DNA of 64,000 nt from Candidatus Caldifonticola tengchongensis (GTDB taxonomy: Bacteria; Sysuimicrobiota; Sysuimicrobiia; Sysuimicrobiales; Sysuimicrobiaceae), in NCBI GenBank assembly GCA_031432545.1, contig JAVKGX010000001.1:6411-70410 (forward strand). Direction: 5' to 3'. Positions 29,490-40,450 of the stretch are shown here, piece by piece. Position 1 is the stretch's first letter; every line of letters begins with the position of its first letter. Both the position numbers and the translations under genes were made by a program. Below the pieces are notes generated by a model that ran no database searches, had not been told where the DNA came from, and saw only the letters and a program-made list of their open reading frames with translations.

Positions 29490-31168
29490 GCCTCCTCGCG
29501 GGGTTCCGACCCATGGCGGAGCATCGGGATGCGGACGCCGCGCTCGCGGGCGACCTCGATCGCGCGGTCGTAACCGGCATCGGCGTGGCGCACGACACCC
29601 GTGCCAGGGTCGGTGGTGAGCACGCGCTCCAGCTTGCGGGCACCCAGTGTAGTGCCATCGGCCACGATCACTTGACCCGCGTGGATCGAATACCCGATGC
29701 CCACCCCGCCCCCGTGGTGTACGGCGACCCAGGACGCACCCGCGCAGGCGTTCAACAGGGCGTTGAGGATCGGCCAGTCCGCCACCGCGTCCGACCCGTC
29801 GCGCATCCCCTCGGTCTCCCGGTTCGGCGACGCCACCGATCCGGCGTCCAGGTGGTCGCGACCGATCACGATCGGCGCTTGCAGCTCGCCGCGCCGAACC
29901 ATCTCGTTGAACGCCAGTCCGGCCAGGTGGCGCTGCCCGTAACCGAGCCAGCAGATGCGCGCCGGCAGGCCCTGAAACGGAACCTTCTGCCCGGCGAGGA
30001 CGATCCAGCGGCGCAGGGCCTCGTCGGCGGGGAACAGCTCGACGATGCGTCCGTCGGTCCTGCGGATGTCGTCGGGGTTGCCGGAAAGCGCCACCCAGCG
30101 GAACGGGCCCTTGCCCTCGCAGAACAGCGGTCGGATGTAGGCCTGTACGAACCCGGGATAGTCGAAGGCGTTGGCCACGCCCGCCTGTTGGGCGAACCCC
30201 CGCAGGTTGTTGCCGTAGTCGAAGGCGACCGCCCCGGCTTTCTGCAAGTCTAGGATCGCCTGACAGTGGCGGGCGATCGAGTGCAGCGACCTCCGGACGT
30301 AGCCGGCGGGATCACGCCGGCGCAACGTCTCGGCGTCTTCCAGGGGTATATCGTGAGGCACGTATCCCTTGAGCGGATCGTGCGCCGAGGTCTGATCGGT
30401 GACCACGTCCACGGCCACACCGCGCCGCACCACCTCCGGCAGCACCTCGGCCGCGTTGCCCAGCAGCGCGACCGACCGCGGCGCGCCCTCCGCCCGGTAC
30501 GCCTCGACCCGGCGCAGCGCGTCGTCGAGATCGTCCGCGGTCTCGTCGACCCAGCCCCCCCGCAGGCGGCGCTGGATCCTCGCCGGATCGACCTCGACCA
30601 CCAGCGCCGTCCCCTCGTTCATCGTGATCGCCATCGGCTGCGCCCCGCCCATCCCACCGAGGCCCGCGGTCAGGACGAGCCGGCCGCGCAGGCTGCCACC
30701 GAAGTGGGTCCGCGCCACCGCGGCGAAGGTCTCGTAGGTGCCCTGCAGGATGCCCTGCGTGCCGATGTAGATCCAAGAACCGGCGGTCATCTGCCCGAAC
30801 ATCATCAACCCGCGCCGTTCGAGCTCGTGGAAGTGTTCCCACGTCGCCCACTTCGGGACCAGCATCGAATTGCTGATCAATACCCGGGGCGCCCACTCGT
30901 GCGTGCGGAACACACCCACCGGCTTGCCGGACTGCACCAGCAGCGTCTCGTCGTCGGCCAGAGATCTCAAAGCGTCGACGATCGCGTGAAAGCAGTCCCA
31001 GTTGCGCGCGGCCTTGCCGGTCCCGCCGTAGACGATCAGCTCCTCGGGCCGCTCCGCGACGTCCGGATCCAGGTTGTTCATCAGCATGCGCATCGCCGCC
31101 TCCTGTGCCCAACCTCGACAGGTGAGCAGCGCACCGCGCGGCGCGCGGATGTCTGTCGGTCCCCTCAT
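29486..31168 (-). CDS. hutU: urocanate hydratase
   Basis: Full-length urocanase conservation ([28 protein letters not shown]). ATG 31168 is preceded by GGAGGTGG. Confidence 0.9.
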   Translation of the reverse strand: MRGPTDIRAPRGALLTCRGWAQEAAMRMLMNNLDPDVAERPEELIVYGGTGKAARNWDCFHAIVDALRSLADDETLLVQSGKPVGVFRTHEWAPRVLISNSMLVPKWATWEHFHELERRGLMMFGQMTAGSWIYIGTQGILQGTYETFAAVARTHFGGSLRGRLVLTAGLGGMGGAQPMAITMNEGTALVVEVDPARIQRRLRGGWVDETADDLDDALRRVEAYRAEGAPRSVALLGNAAEVLPEVVRRGVAVDVVTDQTSAHDPLKGYVPHDIPLEDAETLRRRDPAGYVRRSLHSIARHCQAILDLQKAGAVAFDYGNNLRGFAQQAGVANAFDYPGFVQAYIRPLFCEGKGPFRWVALSGNPDDIRRTDGRIVELFPADEALRRWIVLAGQKVPFQGLPARICWLGYGQRHLAGLAFNEMVRRGELQAPIVIGRDHLDAGSVASPNRETEGMRDGSDAVADWPILNALLNACAGASWVAVHHGGGVGIGYSIHAGQVIVADGTTLGARKLERVLTTDPGTGVVRHADAGYDRAIEVARERGVRIPMLRHGSEPREEA

Positions 31169-31191
31169 GGCCACCTCCGAAGTGGACCGGA

Positions 31192-32703
31192 TCAGGGCTC
31201 AGGGGCCGGGGATGCGACGCCTTTGAGTAAGGCGCCGGAGCGCACCAGCGCCGCTGCCCGTTCGAACTCTTCGGTGAGCACGCGATCTTCCCCGAGCGGA
31301 CGCACGGCCTCGCGGACGATCCGGTACGCGGCCGCAGTTCCCTCTCCGAGCCTTCCGGAACCCATCTCCACACCCTGGGCCGCCACGACGAGTTCAATCG
31401 CCAGCACCTGCTGGCAGTTGCGCAGGATCTGCGCCGCTTTGCGGGCGGCGTGTGCGCCCATGCTGACATGGTCTTCCTGGTTGGCTGACGTCGGAATGCT
31501 GTCGGCGCTGGCGGGATGGCTCAACACCTTGTTCTCGGAGACGAGCGAAGCGGCGGTGTACTGGGCCAGCATGTAACCCGAGTGCAGCCCGCTCTGCCGG
31601 GCCAAAAAGGGCGGCAGGCCGGACAGCTGCGGGTTCACCAGACGCTCGATCCGCCGCTCGCTGATCGACGCGAGTTCGGCGACGGCGATCCCGGCGTAGT
31701 CGAGTGCGAGCGCCAGCGGCTCGCCGTGGAAGTTGCCTCCGGACAGGATCTCGTCGTGGTCTGGGAACAGCAGCGGGTTGTCGGTGGCGCTGTTCATCTC
31801 GATGGTCAGGATCCGGCGCAGGTGCGCGAGCGCATCCCGCACGGCACCGTGGACCTGGGGCATGCATCGCAGCGAGTAGGCGTCCTGCACGCCGTCGTAC
31901 TCCCTTCGGGCGACGCGCTCGCTGCCCATGAGCAGCGACCGGATCCGGGCGGCGCTGCGGATCTGGCCGGGGTGGGGCCGCGCGGCGTGCAGCAGCGGAT
32001 GGAAGGCGCGTTCGGTGCCGCGCAGCGCCTCGAGCGTCAGGGCGCCTGCAACGTCGGCGACCTCGCACAGGCGCTCGGCATCGAGCAGGAACAGCGTCCC
32101 CAGCGCGGTCATCAGCTGCGTGCCGTTGATCAGCGCGATCCCCTCCTTGGCTTCGAGGACCAGCGGCTCGATCCTGGCCCGGCGCATCGCCTCCGCGCCG
32201 GACAAGCGCTCGCCGTCATGGATCGCCTCCCCCTCGCCGATGAGCACCAGCGCGAGGTGGGCGAGCGGTGCCAGATCGCCGCTGGCGCCCAGCGACCCCT
32301 GCTCGGGGACCACCGGATGCACCCCGCGCTCGAGCATCCCAAGCAGCGTGTCGATCACGACCGGACGCACACCGGAGTACCCTCCGGCGAGCGCGTTCGC
32401 CCGCAGCACGAGCATCGCCCGCACCACGTCCTCGCCCAGCGGGGTGCCGACCCCGGCCGCGTGGGACCTGAGGATGTTCCGCTGCAGCGCCTCGGCGTCC
32501 TCGATGGATATCGGAACGGTGCGCAGCGCGCCCACACCGGTGGAGATCGCATACACCGGGCGCCCTTCGCGCACCACCCGTTCGACCATCTCCCGGGCCC
32601 GCTGCAGGCGCACCCGGGCCTGGGCCGCCAGCCGCACCGGCTCCCCGCCGACGGCGGCTTCGACTTGCTCGGGCGTCAGGCTGTGGCCGTCGAGTTCGAT
32701 CAT
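31192..32703 (-). CDS. hutH: histidine ammonia-lyase
   Basis: The ASG MIO-forming motif ([14 protein letters not shown]) and the PAL/HAL fold are present. The ORF is 503 aa starting MIELDGH, and the 900-aa track ORF is an over-extension. Confidence 0.9.
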   Translation of the reverse strand: MIELDGHSLTPEQVEAAVGGEPVRLAAQARVRLQRAREMVERVVREGRPVYAISTGVGALRTVPISIEDAEALQRNILRSHAAGVGTPLGEDVVRAMLVLRANALAGGYSGVRPVVIDTLLGMLERGVHPVVPEQGSLGASGDLAPLAHLALVLIGEGEAIHDGERLSGAEAMRRARIEPLVLEAKEGIALINGTQLMTALGTLFLLDAERLCEVADVAGALTLEALRGTERAFHPLLHAARPHPGQIRSAARIRSLLMGSERVARREYDGVQDAYSLRCMPQVHGAVRDALAHLRRILTIEMNSATDNPLLFPDHDEILSGGNFHGEPLALALDYAGIAVAELASISERRIERLVNPQLSGLPPFLARQSGLHSGYMLAQYTAASLVSENKVLSHPASADSIPTSANQEDHVSMGAHAARKAAQILRNCQQVLAIELVVAAQGVEMGSGRLGEGTAAAYRIVREAVRPLGEDRVLTEEFERAAALVRSGALLKGVASPAPEP

Positions 32704-32745
32704 CGGTCGGCGGTCGGTCGTCGGTGGTCGGTCGACGGCCGACGG
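32704..32745 (-). repeat. tandem imperfect heptamer tract (CGACCGA-like x5-6) abutting the hutH start codon
   Basis: On the coding strand it reads TCGGCCG-TCGACCGA-CCACCGA-CGACCGA-CCGCCGA-CCG followed directly by ATG. There is no Shine-Dalgarno motif in this stretch. Confidence 0.5.
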
Positions 32746-32789
32746 AAGGCACACCGAAGCAGTCTTCTCACCGGCAGCGGGCCACTCCT

Positions 32790-34016
32790 CTACACGGCTT
32801 CGCGCACCTCGCGCCGGGACATCCCCAGCGCCGCCACCCCGATGAGCACGACTGCCACGACGGCGAGTGCCAAGCGTGCTCCGTATGCATCGAGCAGCCA
32901 GCCGACGATCCCGTAAAACGGCGGCAGGACAGCGTGCTCCAAGGTCTCGTCGGTCGCGAAGACGCGCCCCCGGAATTCGTCCGGGACTGCCTGCTGGAGC
33001 AGGGCGAAGAACGGCACGACCGTCAGCATCGAGACGGCTCCGGAGAGGGCAAGCACGGCGGCGGCCTGCACGAGGGTCTGCGAGACCGCCAGCAACCCGG
33101 CGGTGAGCCCCATCCCGAGGTAGCCGGCCAGGACGAGCCGACCTCTTGATACGGTCGGGGGCAGCAGTCCGATCAACAGGCCGCTGGTCGCCATCCCCGC
33201 GTTGAGTGCCGACAGCAACGTCCCGTACCCTACCGGGCCGGCGTCCAGAACCCGCTCGGAGAACACCGGTGCCACCAGCGGCATCGCCGCCCAGTAGAAG
33301 TGAGACAGGATTCCCAGCACTGCGAGCAAGAAAACGACGCGGGCGCGCACCAGGTATCGGATGCCGTCGGCGATCTCGGCCAGCAACGACGCTGGGGATC
33401 CCCGACCCTCGCGCCGTTGCGGGATGGTCGCGCGTGCGATCAGCGCCCCCGACGCTAGGTAGCTCAGCGCATCGAGGTAGAAGACCGTATCGATCCCGAC
33501 CGTCGCGATCAGCACGCCGCCCAGCCCCGGCCCGATGACGCCCGCGACCTGGCGCGTGGTCTCCAGCAGCGAGTTGGCGGCCACCAGATCGTGCGGGGCC
33601 ACCAGGTTGGGCAGGCTCGCGCGCAGCGCCGGACGGAAGACCTGGGAAGCCACCCCGAGCAGGAAGACCAGAACGTACAGAACCGGCAGCGACAGCAGGC
33701 CCGCACCGCGCAGCAGAGGGATGGCGGCCACAACCGCCGCGCGCACGACGTCCATCGTGATCATGGTCTGGCGCCGGTTCCACCGGTCCACCAGGGCACC
33801 GGCAACCAGACCGAACAGCACCGTCGGCAGGATCTGTGCGATGAGGGCCACGGCCGCAGCAACCGCCGATCCGGTGACCTGCAGCACCAGCCACAGCACC
33901 GCCACGTCGTCGACCGCGTCGCCCACCCGCGAGATCACCTGGCCGACGAAGACGCGCCGGAAGTGCGCGTTGCCGGTGAGCAGGCTTTGGTAGCGGGCGG
34001 TCAGGGGCAATCCCAC
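32790..34016 (-). CDS. MFS transporter
   Basis: 12 TM helices with the MFS motif A region (GALVDRWNRR). GTG start. First gene of the hut transcription unit. Confidence 0.75.
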   Translation of the reverse strand: MGLPLTARYQSLLTGNAHFRRVFVGQVISRVGDAVDDVAVLWLVLQVTGSAVAAAVALIAQILPTVLFGLVAGALVDRWNRRQTMITMDVVRAAVVAAIPLLRGAGLLSLPVLYVLVFLLGVASQVFRPALRASLPNLVAPHDLVAANSLLETTRQVAGVIGPGLGGVLIATVGIDTVFYLDALSYLASGALIARATIPQRREGRGSPASLLAEIADGIRYLVRARVVFLLAVLGILSHFYWAAMPLVAPVFSERVLDAGPVGYGTLLSALNAGMATSGLLIGLLPPTVSRGRLVLAGYLGMGLTAGLLAVSQTLVQAAAVLALSGAVSMLTVVPFFALLQQAVPDEFRGRVFATDETLEHAVLPPFYGIVGWLLDAYGARLALAVVAVVLIGVAALGMSRREVREAV

Positions 34017-34163
34017 AGATCCGAAGAGGCCCGACGTCCCGGGGTCGTATCCCTCTTGCGCGCCATCCTGGCTGCCTGCAAGCAGGCGTGTTCCTTGAGG
34101 CTGCGGATGCCAGGGCGGCCGAATTCAGCGGTCCTCATCCCGACCCTCGCCCCGAGACGGCCG

Positions 34164-35021
34164 TCAGCACCGCACGCGCGGGTTCATCCTCGCCTCCCAC
34201 GCGAAGCCAGTGAGGGCGAAACCCAGCACCGTAAACGTGATGAGCAGTCCCGGCGGCAGCACCCACCACACCCACGCACCGCTGAGGAAAGCGCTGCGCA
34301 CCTGAGCGTAGTACAGGACCGACCCCCAGCTCTTCGCCGTCGGATCCCCCAGACCGAGGAAGCTCAAGGACGCCTCGATCAGGATCGCACTGCTGGCAGC
34401 AAGGATGAACTGTGACAGTGCGACCGGCAGCGCACCGGGGAGCACGTGCTTACTGAGGATCCGCAGCGATCCCGCACCCAGTGCCCTCGCGGCTTCGACG
34501 TAATCGAGCGTGCGCAGCTGCAACACCTGCGAGCGAACGATGCGGGCGGGCCGTGCCCACACCAGCGCGCCGATCACCAGGATGAGGTTCCAGAAGCTCG
34601 GTCCGAGATAGGCCGCGAGCAGGATCATCAACGGCAGGAAGGGCAGCACGAGCACGATGTCCACGATCCGCATGAGCAGCACGTCCAGCCAGCCTCCGAA
34701 GTAGCCGGAGACGACGCCCACCGCCGTGCCGATCACGATCGCAGCCGCAGCCGCTAAAAACCCAATCGTAAGCGACACGCGGGCCCCGTAAAGCAGCTCG
34801 CTGAGGATGTCCTGGCCGACATCGTTGGTGCCCAACGGGTGGACCTGGCTCGGCGGCGAGAACGGCGCGGCGACGTTCTCCGTCGGGTCATGCGGACTGA
34901 TCCAGGGCGCCAAGGCCGCCGCCGCGATGAGACCGCACAGCAGCGCCAGACCCACGGTGCCAACTCCGCCAACCCGTAGGCGGCGCCTGGCCAGAGGCAT
35001 GGTCACCTCCGCGGTCGCCAT
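34164..35021 (-). CDS. ABC transporter permease (DppC/OppC-like)
   Basis: Binding-protein-dependent transport inner-membrane component with an EAA-like loop (YVEAARALGAG). Confidence 0.8.
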   Translation of the reverse strand: MATAEVTMPLARRRLRVGGVGTVGLALLCGLIAAAALAPWISPHDPTENVAAPFSPPSQVHPLGTNDVGQDILSELLYGARVSLTIGFLAAAAAIVIGTAVGVVSGYFGGWLDVLLMRIVDIVLVLPFLPLMILLAAYLGPSFWNLILVIGALVWARPARIVRSQVLQLRTLDYVEAARALGAGSLRILSKHVLPGALPVALSQFILAASSAILIEASLSFLGLGDPTAKSWGSVLYYAQVRSAFLSGAWVWWVLPPGLLITFTVLGFALTGFAWEARMNPRVRC

Positions 35022-35066
35022 CCGCCAGCCTCCCTCACAGCGTTCCGGTGCAGAGCGACATGCGCT

Positions 35067-36050
35067 TCAGACCCCCAGACCCCGTCGCACCCGTGGGTCA
35101 ACCAACGGGTACAGCAGGTCAGCCAGCACGTTCGCCGCAATGACGCTGACCGTGATCACGAAGAAAGACGCCTGCAGCACCGGATAGTCCCGTGCGAGCA
35201 CCGCTTCGAAGAGCAGGCGACCCACGCCCGGATAGGAGAACACGGTCTCGATCACCGTGGCGCCGCCGACCACGAAGCCCAAGTTCAGCATGAAGACGGT
35301 GGCGACCGGAAGCAACGCGTTCCGTGTGACGTGTCGGAACAGGATGACCCGCTCGGGCAAGCCCTTTGAACGCGCGGTGACAATGTATGGTTCCCCGAGC
35401 ACCGAAAGCATCGAGTACCGCATTACGAGGAACACGTTCGGAACCGATACGACGACGAGGGTTGTCAGGGGCAGGACGAGGTGCCAGGCGACGTTGCCGA
35501 CCAGCGCCAGCCCCTCCAGGCCGGACCCGATCGTGCGCGCACCGAAGATGGGGAACCAGCGGAGTTTCGCAGCAACCGTGGCAATCAGGATCATCGCGAG
35601 CCAAAAGCTGGGCATCGACTCGAAGAGCATGCAGCCGCCCAGCAGGCCGAGATCGGTCGCCCGTCCCCGCCGCCAGGCCGCGATCGCGCCGAGCCACACG
35701 CCCAAGACCGTCGACAGGACGAGAGCGGTCCCGACCAGCAGCAGAGTCCAGGGCAACCGCTCGGCCAGGATGTGGGCGACCGGGCGGCCCTGCTGGAGCG
35801 AGTAGCCGAGGTCGCCGACAGCCAGCCGCCCGAGATAGTGCAGGTACTGCTGCCAGACGGGTCGATCCAGGCCCAGGCTTGCGAGGAGATTTTGTCGGTC
35901 TTCCGCGGACAAAGAGGCGGCGTCCTCGCCCGCCAGAAGCACGAGGGGGCTTCCGGGCATCAGCCGCGGCAGCGCGAAGTTGATCGTGCTCGCGACAAGC
36001 AGGACGAGAGCGTACTGGGCCCCCTTTCCGACCAGGAACCGCCACATCAT
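35067..36050 (-). CDS. ABC transporter permease (DppB/OppB-like)
   Basis: BPD_transp_1 with an EAA loop (IVTARSKGLPERV). Confidence 0.8.
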   Translation of the reverse strand: MMWRFLVGKGAQYALVLLVASTINFALPRLMPGSPLVLLAGEDAASLSAEDRQNLLASLGLDRPVWQQYLHYLGRLAVGDLGYSLQQGRPVAHILAERLPWTLLLVGTALVLSTVLGVWLGAIAAWRRGRATDLGLLGGCMLFESMPSFWLAMILIATVAAKLRWFPIFGARTIGSGLEGLALVGNVAWHLVLPLTTLVVVSVPNVFLVMRYSMLSVLGEPYIVTARSKGLPERVILFRHVTRNALLPVATVFMLNLGFVVGGATVIETVFSYPGVGRLLFEAVLARDYPVLQASFFVITVSVIAANVLADLLYPLVDPRVRRGLGV

Positions 36051-36051
36051 G

Positions 36052-37224
36052 CTATCTGCGCGGCGCGTTCACGAACGACAGCTTGTTGACGATGCCCTGT
36101 CCCTTCTGATAGACCCAACCGTCGAACCGGGACGCCCGGTACGCGTAGATTCCATCGGCGTAGAAGAGCACGTGCACCGGCAGGTCCTGTGCGATGATCC
36201 TCTGCATCTCGTATGCCAACTGCCTCTGTCGGTTCGGATCCACCACCGTCGCGAGCTGTTCACCGAGCTGATCGATGCGCGGGTTCTTGTAGCCGCCGAT
36301 GTTGATGGTCCCCACTCGGCAGTCCGAATGGAACAGGTCGCGCAGGGCCGTCGGCCGCGACATCACGGGCGCCGACCAGCCGAACATCGTCATGTCGAAG
36401 CGGCGGCCCTTGCAGACATCGAACTCCGGCCACACCAAGTCGATGATCGACGCATCCTCCATGACCCGAACGGTCACGGCGATCCCGACGTCGCGCAGCC
36501 ACGTACGGATCAGGTCCGCGCCGCGAATGCGGACCGGGTTGCCGGATTGGGCCAGGAGCACGAACCGCAACGGTGTGCCGTCCGGTGCCTCTCGGATGCC
36601 GTCGTTGTTGCGATCCCGATAGCCAGCCTCGTTGAGGATCGCGACCGCGCGTGCCTTGTTCGGCTCGATCCTCACCTCCCGGTTGTACCAGGGCGATGCG
36701 GGATGCAGGTAGCCCGGGCTGCCGACGACCGCGTAGCCGAGCATGAGCAGCCGCACCATCAAAGAGGTATTGATCGCGTGCGCGATCGCCCGGCGCAGGC
36801 GAACGTCCCTCAGCTGAGGGTGCTCGAGGTTGAACTGGAGCAGTGTGGACGCATACCCGGGGCCGCGCACCACCTTCATGTCCCGTACCGCCTGGAACTG
36901 AGCGACCAGTTCCGGCAACAGGCTGCGGACGGTGGCATCGGTCTCCCCAGCGCGCAGGGACGTGAAGTCCACGGCCGCGTCGCGGATGATCGGGAGGACA
37001 ATCTCCCGCACCTTGGGGCGTCCAGCGAAGTAGGTGTCGTTTGCCACCAACCGGTAGAACTGACCGGAGCGCACCTCACCGACCCGGTAGGGACCACTGC
37101 CGATCGTGTTGTCGAACCTGCGGGGCTCGGTGACCGACTCCCAGATGTGACGCGGCAGGATCGGCACGTCGGCAAGCGGCTGCGCGCGGAACGCCGCCCT
37201 GGCCGCACGCAGACGGAACACCAC
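36052..37224 (-). pseudogene. family-5 solute-binding protein, N-terminally truncated
   Basis: The 390-aa ORF aligns with SBP_bac_5 from about residue 140 onward (ILPRHIWE...). There is no signal peptide. Only 131 nt separate it from the copZ stop, so the missing ~140 codons cannot be present. Confidence 0.6.
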
Positions 37225-37355
37225 GGTTTGCGGGTTGGGTGTGTCGATGGCCTCGATGTCGCGGGCCTGCGGCGTCCAGCGGCCGTGCGTGAACCGGCCT
37301 CGTCCACTCAGGTGTGTTCGGCCGTCCGGTGATCGGGTACCCCTTGGCGCGGGTT

Positions 37356-37562
37356 TCAGACCGCGACCGGGTAACCGACGTCCGCCAGGGCCTGCTTGAT
37401 CCGCTCCTCGTCGATCTGCTGGGGATCGAACTCCACGCGGACTTCCTTACTGTTCTCGTCGGCCCTCACCCGAATGACCCCGGGCAGGCTTGAGGCTGTC
37501 TCCTCCACCGTAGCAACGCATCCGCCGCAGTGGATGCGGGGTACCTTGTAGACTCTCTCCAT
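37356..37562 (-). CDS. copZ: copper chaperone CopZ (HMA domain)
   Basis: 68-aa ferredoxin-like HMA fold with a variant metal motif HCGGC in place of MxCxxC. Confidence 0.75.
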   Translation of the reverse strand: MERVYKVPRIHCGGCVATVEETASSLPGVIRVRADENSKEVRVEFDPQQIDEERIKQALADVGYPVAV

Positions 37563-37587
37563 TGCGGCTCCTCCTTCCGATCGAAGG

Positions 37588-40050
37588 TCAGGCGTGTGCG
37601 GCGAACCTCCGAAGGCGCAGGCTGTTCGAGACGACGGACACGGAACTCAACGCCATGGCCGCCGCCGCCAGGACCGGGTTGAGCAGGATTCCGAAGAACG
37701 GGTACAGGACCCCGGCCGCCACCGGGATCAGGGCCGTGTTGTACGCGAAGGCCCAGAACAGGTTCTGCCGGATCGTCCGCATCGTGGCCCGGCTGAGACG
37801 GATCGCGGTGGGAATCGCCCCCAGGTTGTCGCCCACCAGGACGACGTCGGCAGACTCGATCGCGACGTCCGTCCCTGCACCGATCGCGATTCCCAAATCG
37901 GCCTGAACCAAAGCCGGCGCGTCGTTGATCCCATCCCCCACGAACGCCACCCGGTGGCCTTCCGCCTGGAGCCGCCTCACCTCCTCCGCCTTCTGGTGTG
38001 GCAGCACCTCGCTCAGCACGCGGTCGATGCCGACCTGGCGGGCGATCGCCTCCGCGGTTCGGCGGTTGTCTCCGGTGAGCATCGCGACCTGCAAGCCCAT
38101 GCGGCGCAGCTCGGCCACCACCTCCCGCGCGTTGGGCTTGAGGGTGTCCGCCACCGCCAGCACGCCCGCGGGCTGTCCGTCCACCGCCACGAACATCGCC
38201 GTCTTGCCCTGTTCGGCGAACTGCCGAGCGGCGGGCGCAAGCCCGTCCAGCGAGATCGCGCGCCCGGCCAGCAGCTGCTCGTTGCCGGCCACGACCTCGC
38301 GACCGGCGACGAGGGCGACGACGCCGCCTCCGGGGATGGCCTCGAAGCGCTCGGGATCGGTCAGTTCCAGATTCCGCGAGCGCGCCGCGGCCACGATCGC
38401 CTCGCCGAGGGGATGTTCGCTGCCCCGCTCGGCCGATGCTGCGATCTGCAGCAGTTCCGCTTCCGAGAATCCCCCAGCCGCGCGCACGTCGGTCAGGGCC
38501 GGCGCTCCCCGCGTGAGGGTGCCGGTCTTGTCGAGCACGACGACCCGCACGCGGCCGGCGATCTCCAGCGCGGCCGCGTCCTTGATGAGCACGCCGAGCT
38601 GAGCGCCAACACCGGTGCCCACCATGATCGCCGTCGGCGTCGCCAGTCCGAGCGCACACGGACAGGCGATGATCAACACCGCGATGAAGTTCGCCAGCGC
38701 GAGCGTCGCCCCGGGCTGTGGTCCCCAGATCCACCACACCAAGAAGGTCACAATCGCCACCGCCATCACGGCGGGCACGAAGTAGCTGGCGACGACGTCC
38801 ACGAGCCGCTGCACCGGTGCCTTGCTGCTCTGTGCCTGCTCCACCAGACGGACAATCTGCGCCAGAGCGGTGTCGGTGCCGACGCGGGTCGCGCGGAAGC
38901 GGAACGAGCCGGTCTTGTTGATCGTCGCCCCAATTACCTCGTCGCCGGGGCCCTTGTCGACCGGCATGCTCTCGCCTGTGATCATCGACTCGTCGACTGT
39001 GGACCGACCGTGCACGACGACGCCGTCGACGGGGATCTTCTCGCCGGGCCGCACGACCACCACGTCGCCGACCTGCACATCCTCGACGGGAATCTCGACC
39101 TCGACGCCTTCGCGTACGACGCGGGCTGTCCGGGCACCCAGCGCGAGCAGCCTGCGGATCGCCTCCGAGGCCCGGCCCCTGGCCCGGGCCTCGAGCAACC
39201 GGCCGAGCAGGACGAGCGTGACGATGATCGCGGCGACCTCGTAGTACAGCGCCGGCTGGAGCCCGGCACGCGCGAACGCGTGTGGGGCGAAGGTGGCGAC
39301 GGCGCTGTAGCCGTAGGCCGCCGATGTGCCGACCGCGATCAGCGTGTTCATGTCGGTCGTCCGGTGCCGCCCCACCGCCCAAGCGCCCCGGTAGAACCGC
39401 CAGCCCGACCAGAACTGCACCGGCGTGGCCAGCGCGAACTGCACGAGCGGTGCCGACAGCCAGGGCGGGATCGCGCTGAGGTGCACACCCAGCATGTGGG
39501 GCAACGAACCGATCGCCAGCGGCAGCGTGAGGACCGCGGCAACCAGGAACCGGTTGCGCACGTCGCGCAATTCCGCCGTGCGCGCCTCCTGTTCCCTGTC
39601 GGCGGCGGCCGTTGAAGTACCTGCGACCTCACCTTCCTCCGGATCGTAGCCGGCATCCCGGATGGCCCGGTACAGGTCGCGCATCGAGACGAGGCCCGGT
39701 ACGTAGATTACGGTCGCGCGCTCGGTGGCCAGGTTCACCGAGGCGTCCACCACGCCCGCCACCGCCCGCAGGGTCTGCTCCACACGGACCACGCACGAAG
39801 CGCAGCTCATCCCGCGCACGGCGATGTCCACCCGCTCGGTGCGCACGTCGTAACCGCGGTCGCGCACCGCACGCACCAACCGCCGCAGCTCCGCGGTCTG
39901 CGGGTCGACCGTCACGGTCGCCCGCTCGGTCGCCAGGTTCACGGAGGCCTCCCGCACACCGGGAACCACACGCAGGGCGGATTCGACCTGCGCCACGCAC
40001 GACGCGCAGCTCATGCCCTCAATGGGGATGTCGATCGTCTTGTCCGGCAT
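37588..40050 (-). CDS. copA: copper-translocating P1B-type ATPase
   Basis: Two N-terminal HMA domains (GMSCASC twice), CPC in TM6, DKTGT phosphorylation site and the GDGINDAP hinge. Confidence 0.9.
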   Translation of the reverse strand: MPDKTIDIPIEGMSCASCVAQVESALRVVPGVREASVNLATERATVTVDPQTAELRRLVRAVRDRGYDVRTERVDIAVRGMSCASCVVRVEQTLRAVAGVVDASVNLATERATVIYVPGLVSMRDLYRAIRDAGYDPEEGEVAGTSTAAADREQEARTAELRDVRNRFLVAAVLTLPLAIGSLPHMLGVHLSAIPPWLSAPLVQFALATPVQFWSGWRFYRGAWAVGRHRTTDMNTLIAVGTSAAYGYSAVATFAPHAFARAGLQPALYYEVAAIIVTLVLLGRLLEARARGRASEAIRRLLALGARTARVVREGVEVEIPVEDVQVGDVVVVRPGEKIPVDGVVVHGRSTVDESMITGESMPVDKGPGDEVIGATINKTGSFRFRATRVGTDTALAQIVRLVEQAQSSKAPVQRLVDVVASYFVPAVMAVAIVTFLVWWIWGPQPGATLALANFIAVLIIACPCALGLATPTAIMVGTGVGAQLGVLIKDAAALEIAGRVRVVVLDKTGTLTRGAPALTDVRAAGGFSEAELLQIAASAERGSEHPLGEAIVAAARSRNLELTDPERFEAIPGGGVVALVAGREVVAGNEQLLAGRAISLDGLAPAARQFAEQGKTAMFVAVDGQPAGVLAVADTLKPNAREVVAELRRMGLQVAMLTGDNRRTAEAIARQVGIDRVLSEVLPHQKAEEVRRLQAEGHRVAFVGDGINDAPALVQADLGIAIGAGTDVAIESADVVLVGDNLGAIPTAIRLSRATMRTIRQNLFWAFAYNTALIPVAAGVLYPFFGILLNPVLAAAAMALSSVSVVSNSLRLRRFAAHA

Positions 40051-40064
40051 CGGTCCTTCGTCCT

Positions 40065-40364
40065 CTATCCGCCGACTCTCTGCTCGAAGACGTCGAGCAG
40101 TTCGCGGATGACGCGCTCTCGCTCGTTGGGGTCGTCCGACCGGATCGCCGCGCTCACGCAGTGGTTGAGGTGCCGCTCCAGCAGCATGGCGTTGACCCGG
40201 TCGATCGCTGCCTGCACGGCCTTCGTCTGCTTGAGCACGTCGACGCAGTAGGCGTCGTCCTCGACCATCCGGACGATCCCGCCGACGTGCCCTTCGATGC
40301 TGCGCAGGCGCGCGAGGATGCGCTCTTTGGCTACGGGATCCGAACCCAGGACTTTGGTCGCCAT
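40065..40364 (-). CDS. csoR: CsoR-family metal-sensing transcriptional repressor
   Basis: 99 aa, DUF156/CsoR fold with the C-H-C ligand set (YCVDVLKQ...RHLNHC). GGCGGAGGG RBS. Confidence 0.8.
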   Translation of the reverse strand: MATKVLGSDPVAKERILARLRSIEGHVGGIVRMVEDDAYCVDVLKQTKAVQAAIDRVNAMLLERHLNHCVSAAIRSDDPNERERVIRELLDVFEQRVGG

Positions 40365-40370
40365 CGGGCC

Positions 40371-40398
40371 CTCCGCCCCCCCCCTTATGGGGAGGGGG
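40371..40398 (-). promoter_or_regulatory. GC-rich inverted repeat, candidate CsoR operator
   Basis: CCTCCGCCCCCCCC-TTAT-GGGGAGGGGG lies immediately upstream of, and overlaps, the csoR RBS. It resembles the C/G-tract pseudo-palindromes bound by CsoR proteins. Confidence 0.4.
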
Positions 40399-40450
40399 TC
40401 TTTATCAGGATAGCGGAGACGGGGCGCACCCGCAACCCACTCGCCGAAGA

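Noticed and set aside
27298-29658. 786-aa ORF as a single large protein
   Set aside because: Only the C-terminal 417 aa (from GTG 28551) are imidazolonepropionase. The upstream part is an out-of-frame overlap of the arginase-family hutG gene (28557-29489).
31192-33894. 900-aa ORF
   Set aside because: Histidine ammonia-lyase is the 503-aa C-terminal portion starting at ATG 32703. The upstream extension overlaps the MFS transporter gene in another frame.
27258-40450. tRNA-Glu-associated genomic island
   Set aside because: The block contains no integrase gene and I could not find a direct repeat of the tRNA 3' end, so it is kept only as a low-interest hypothesis.
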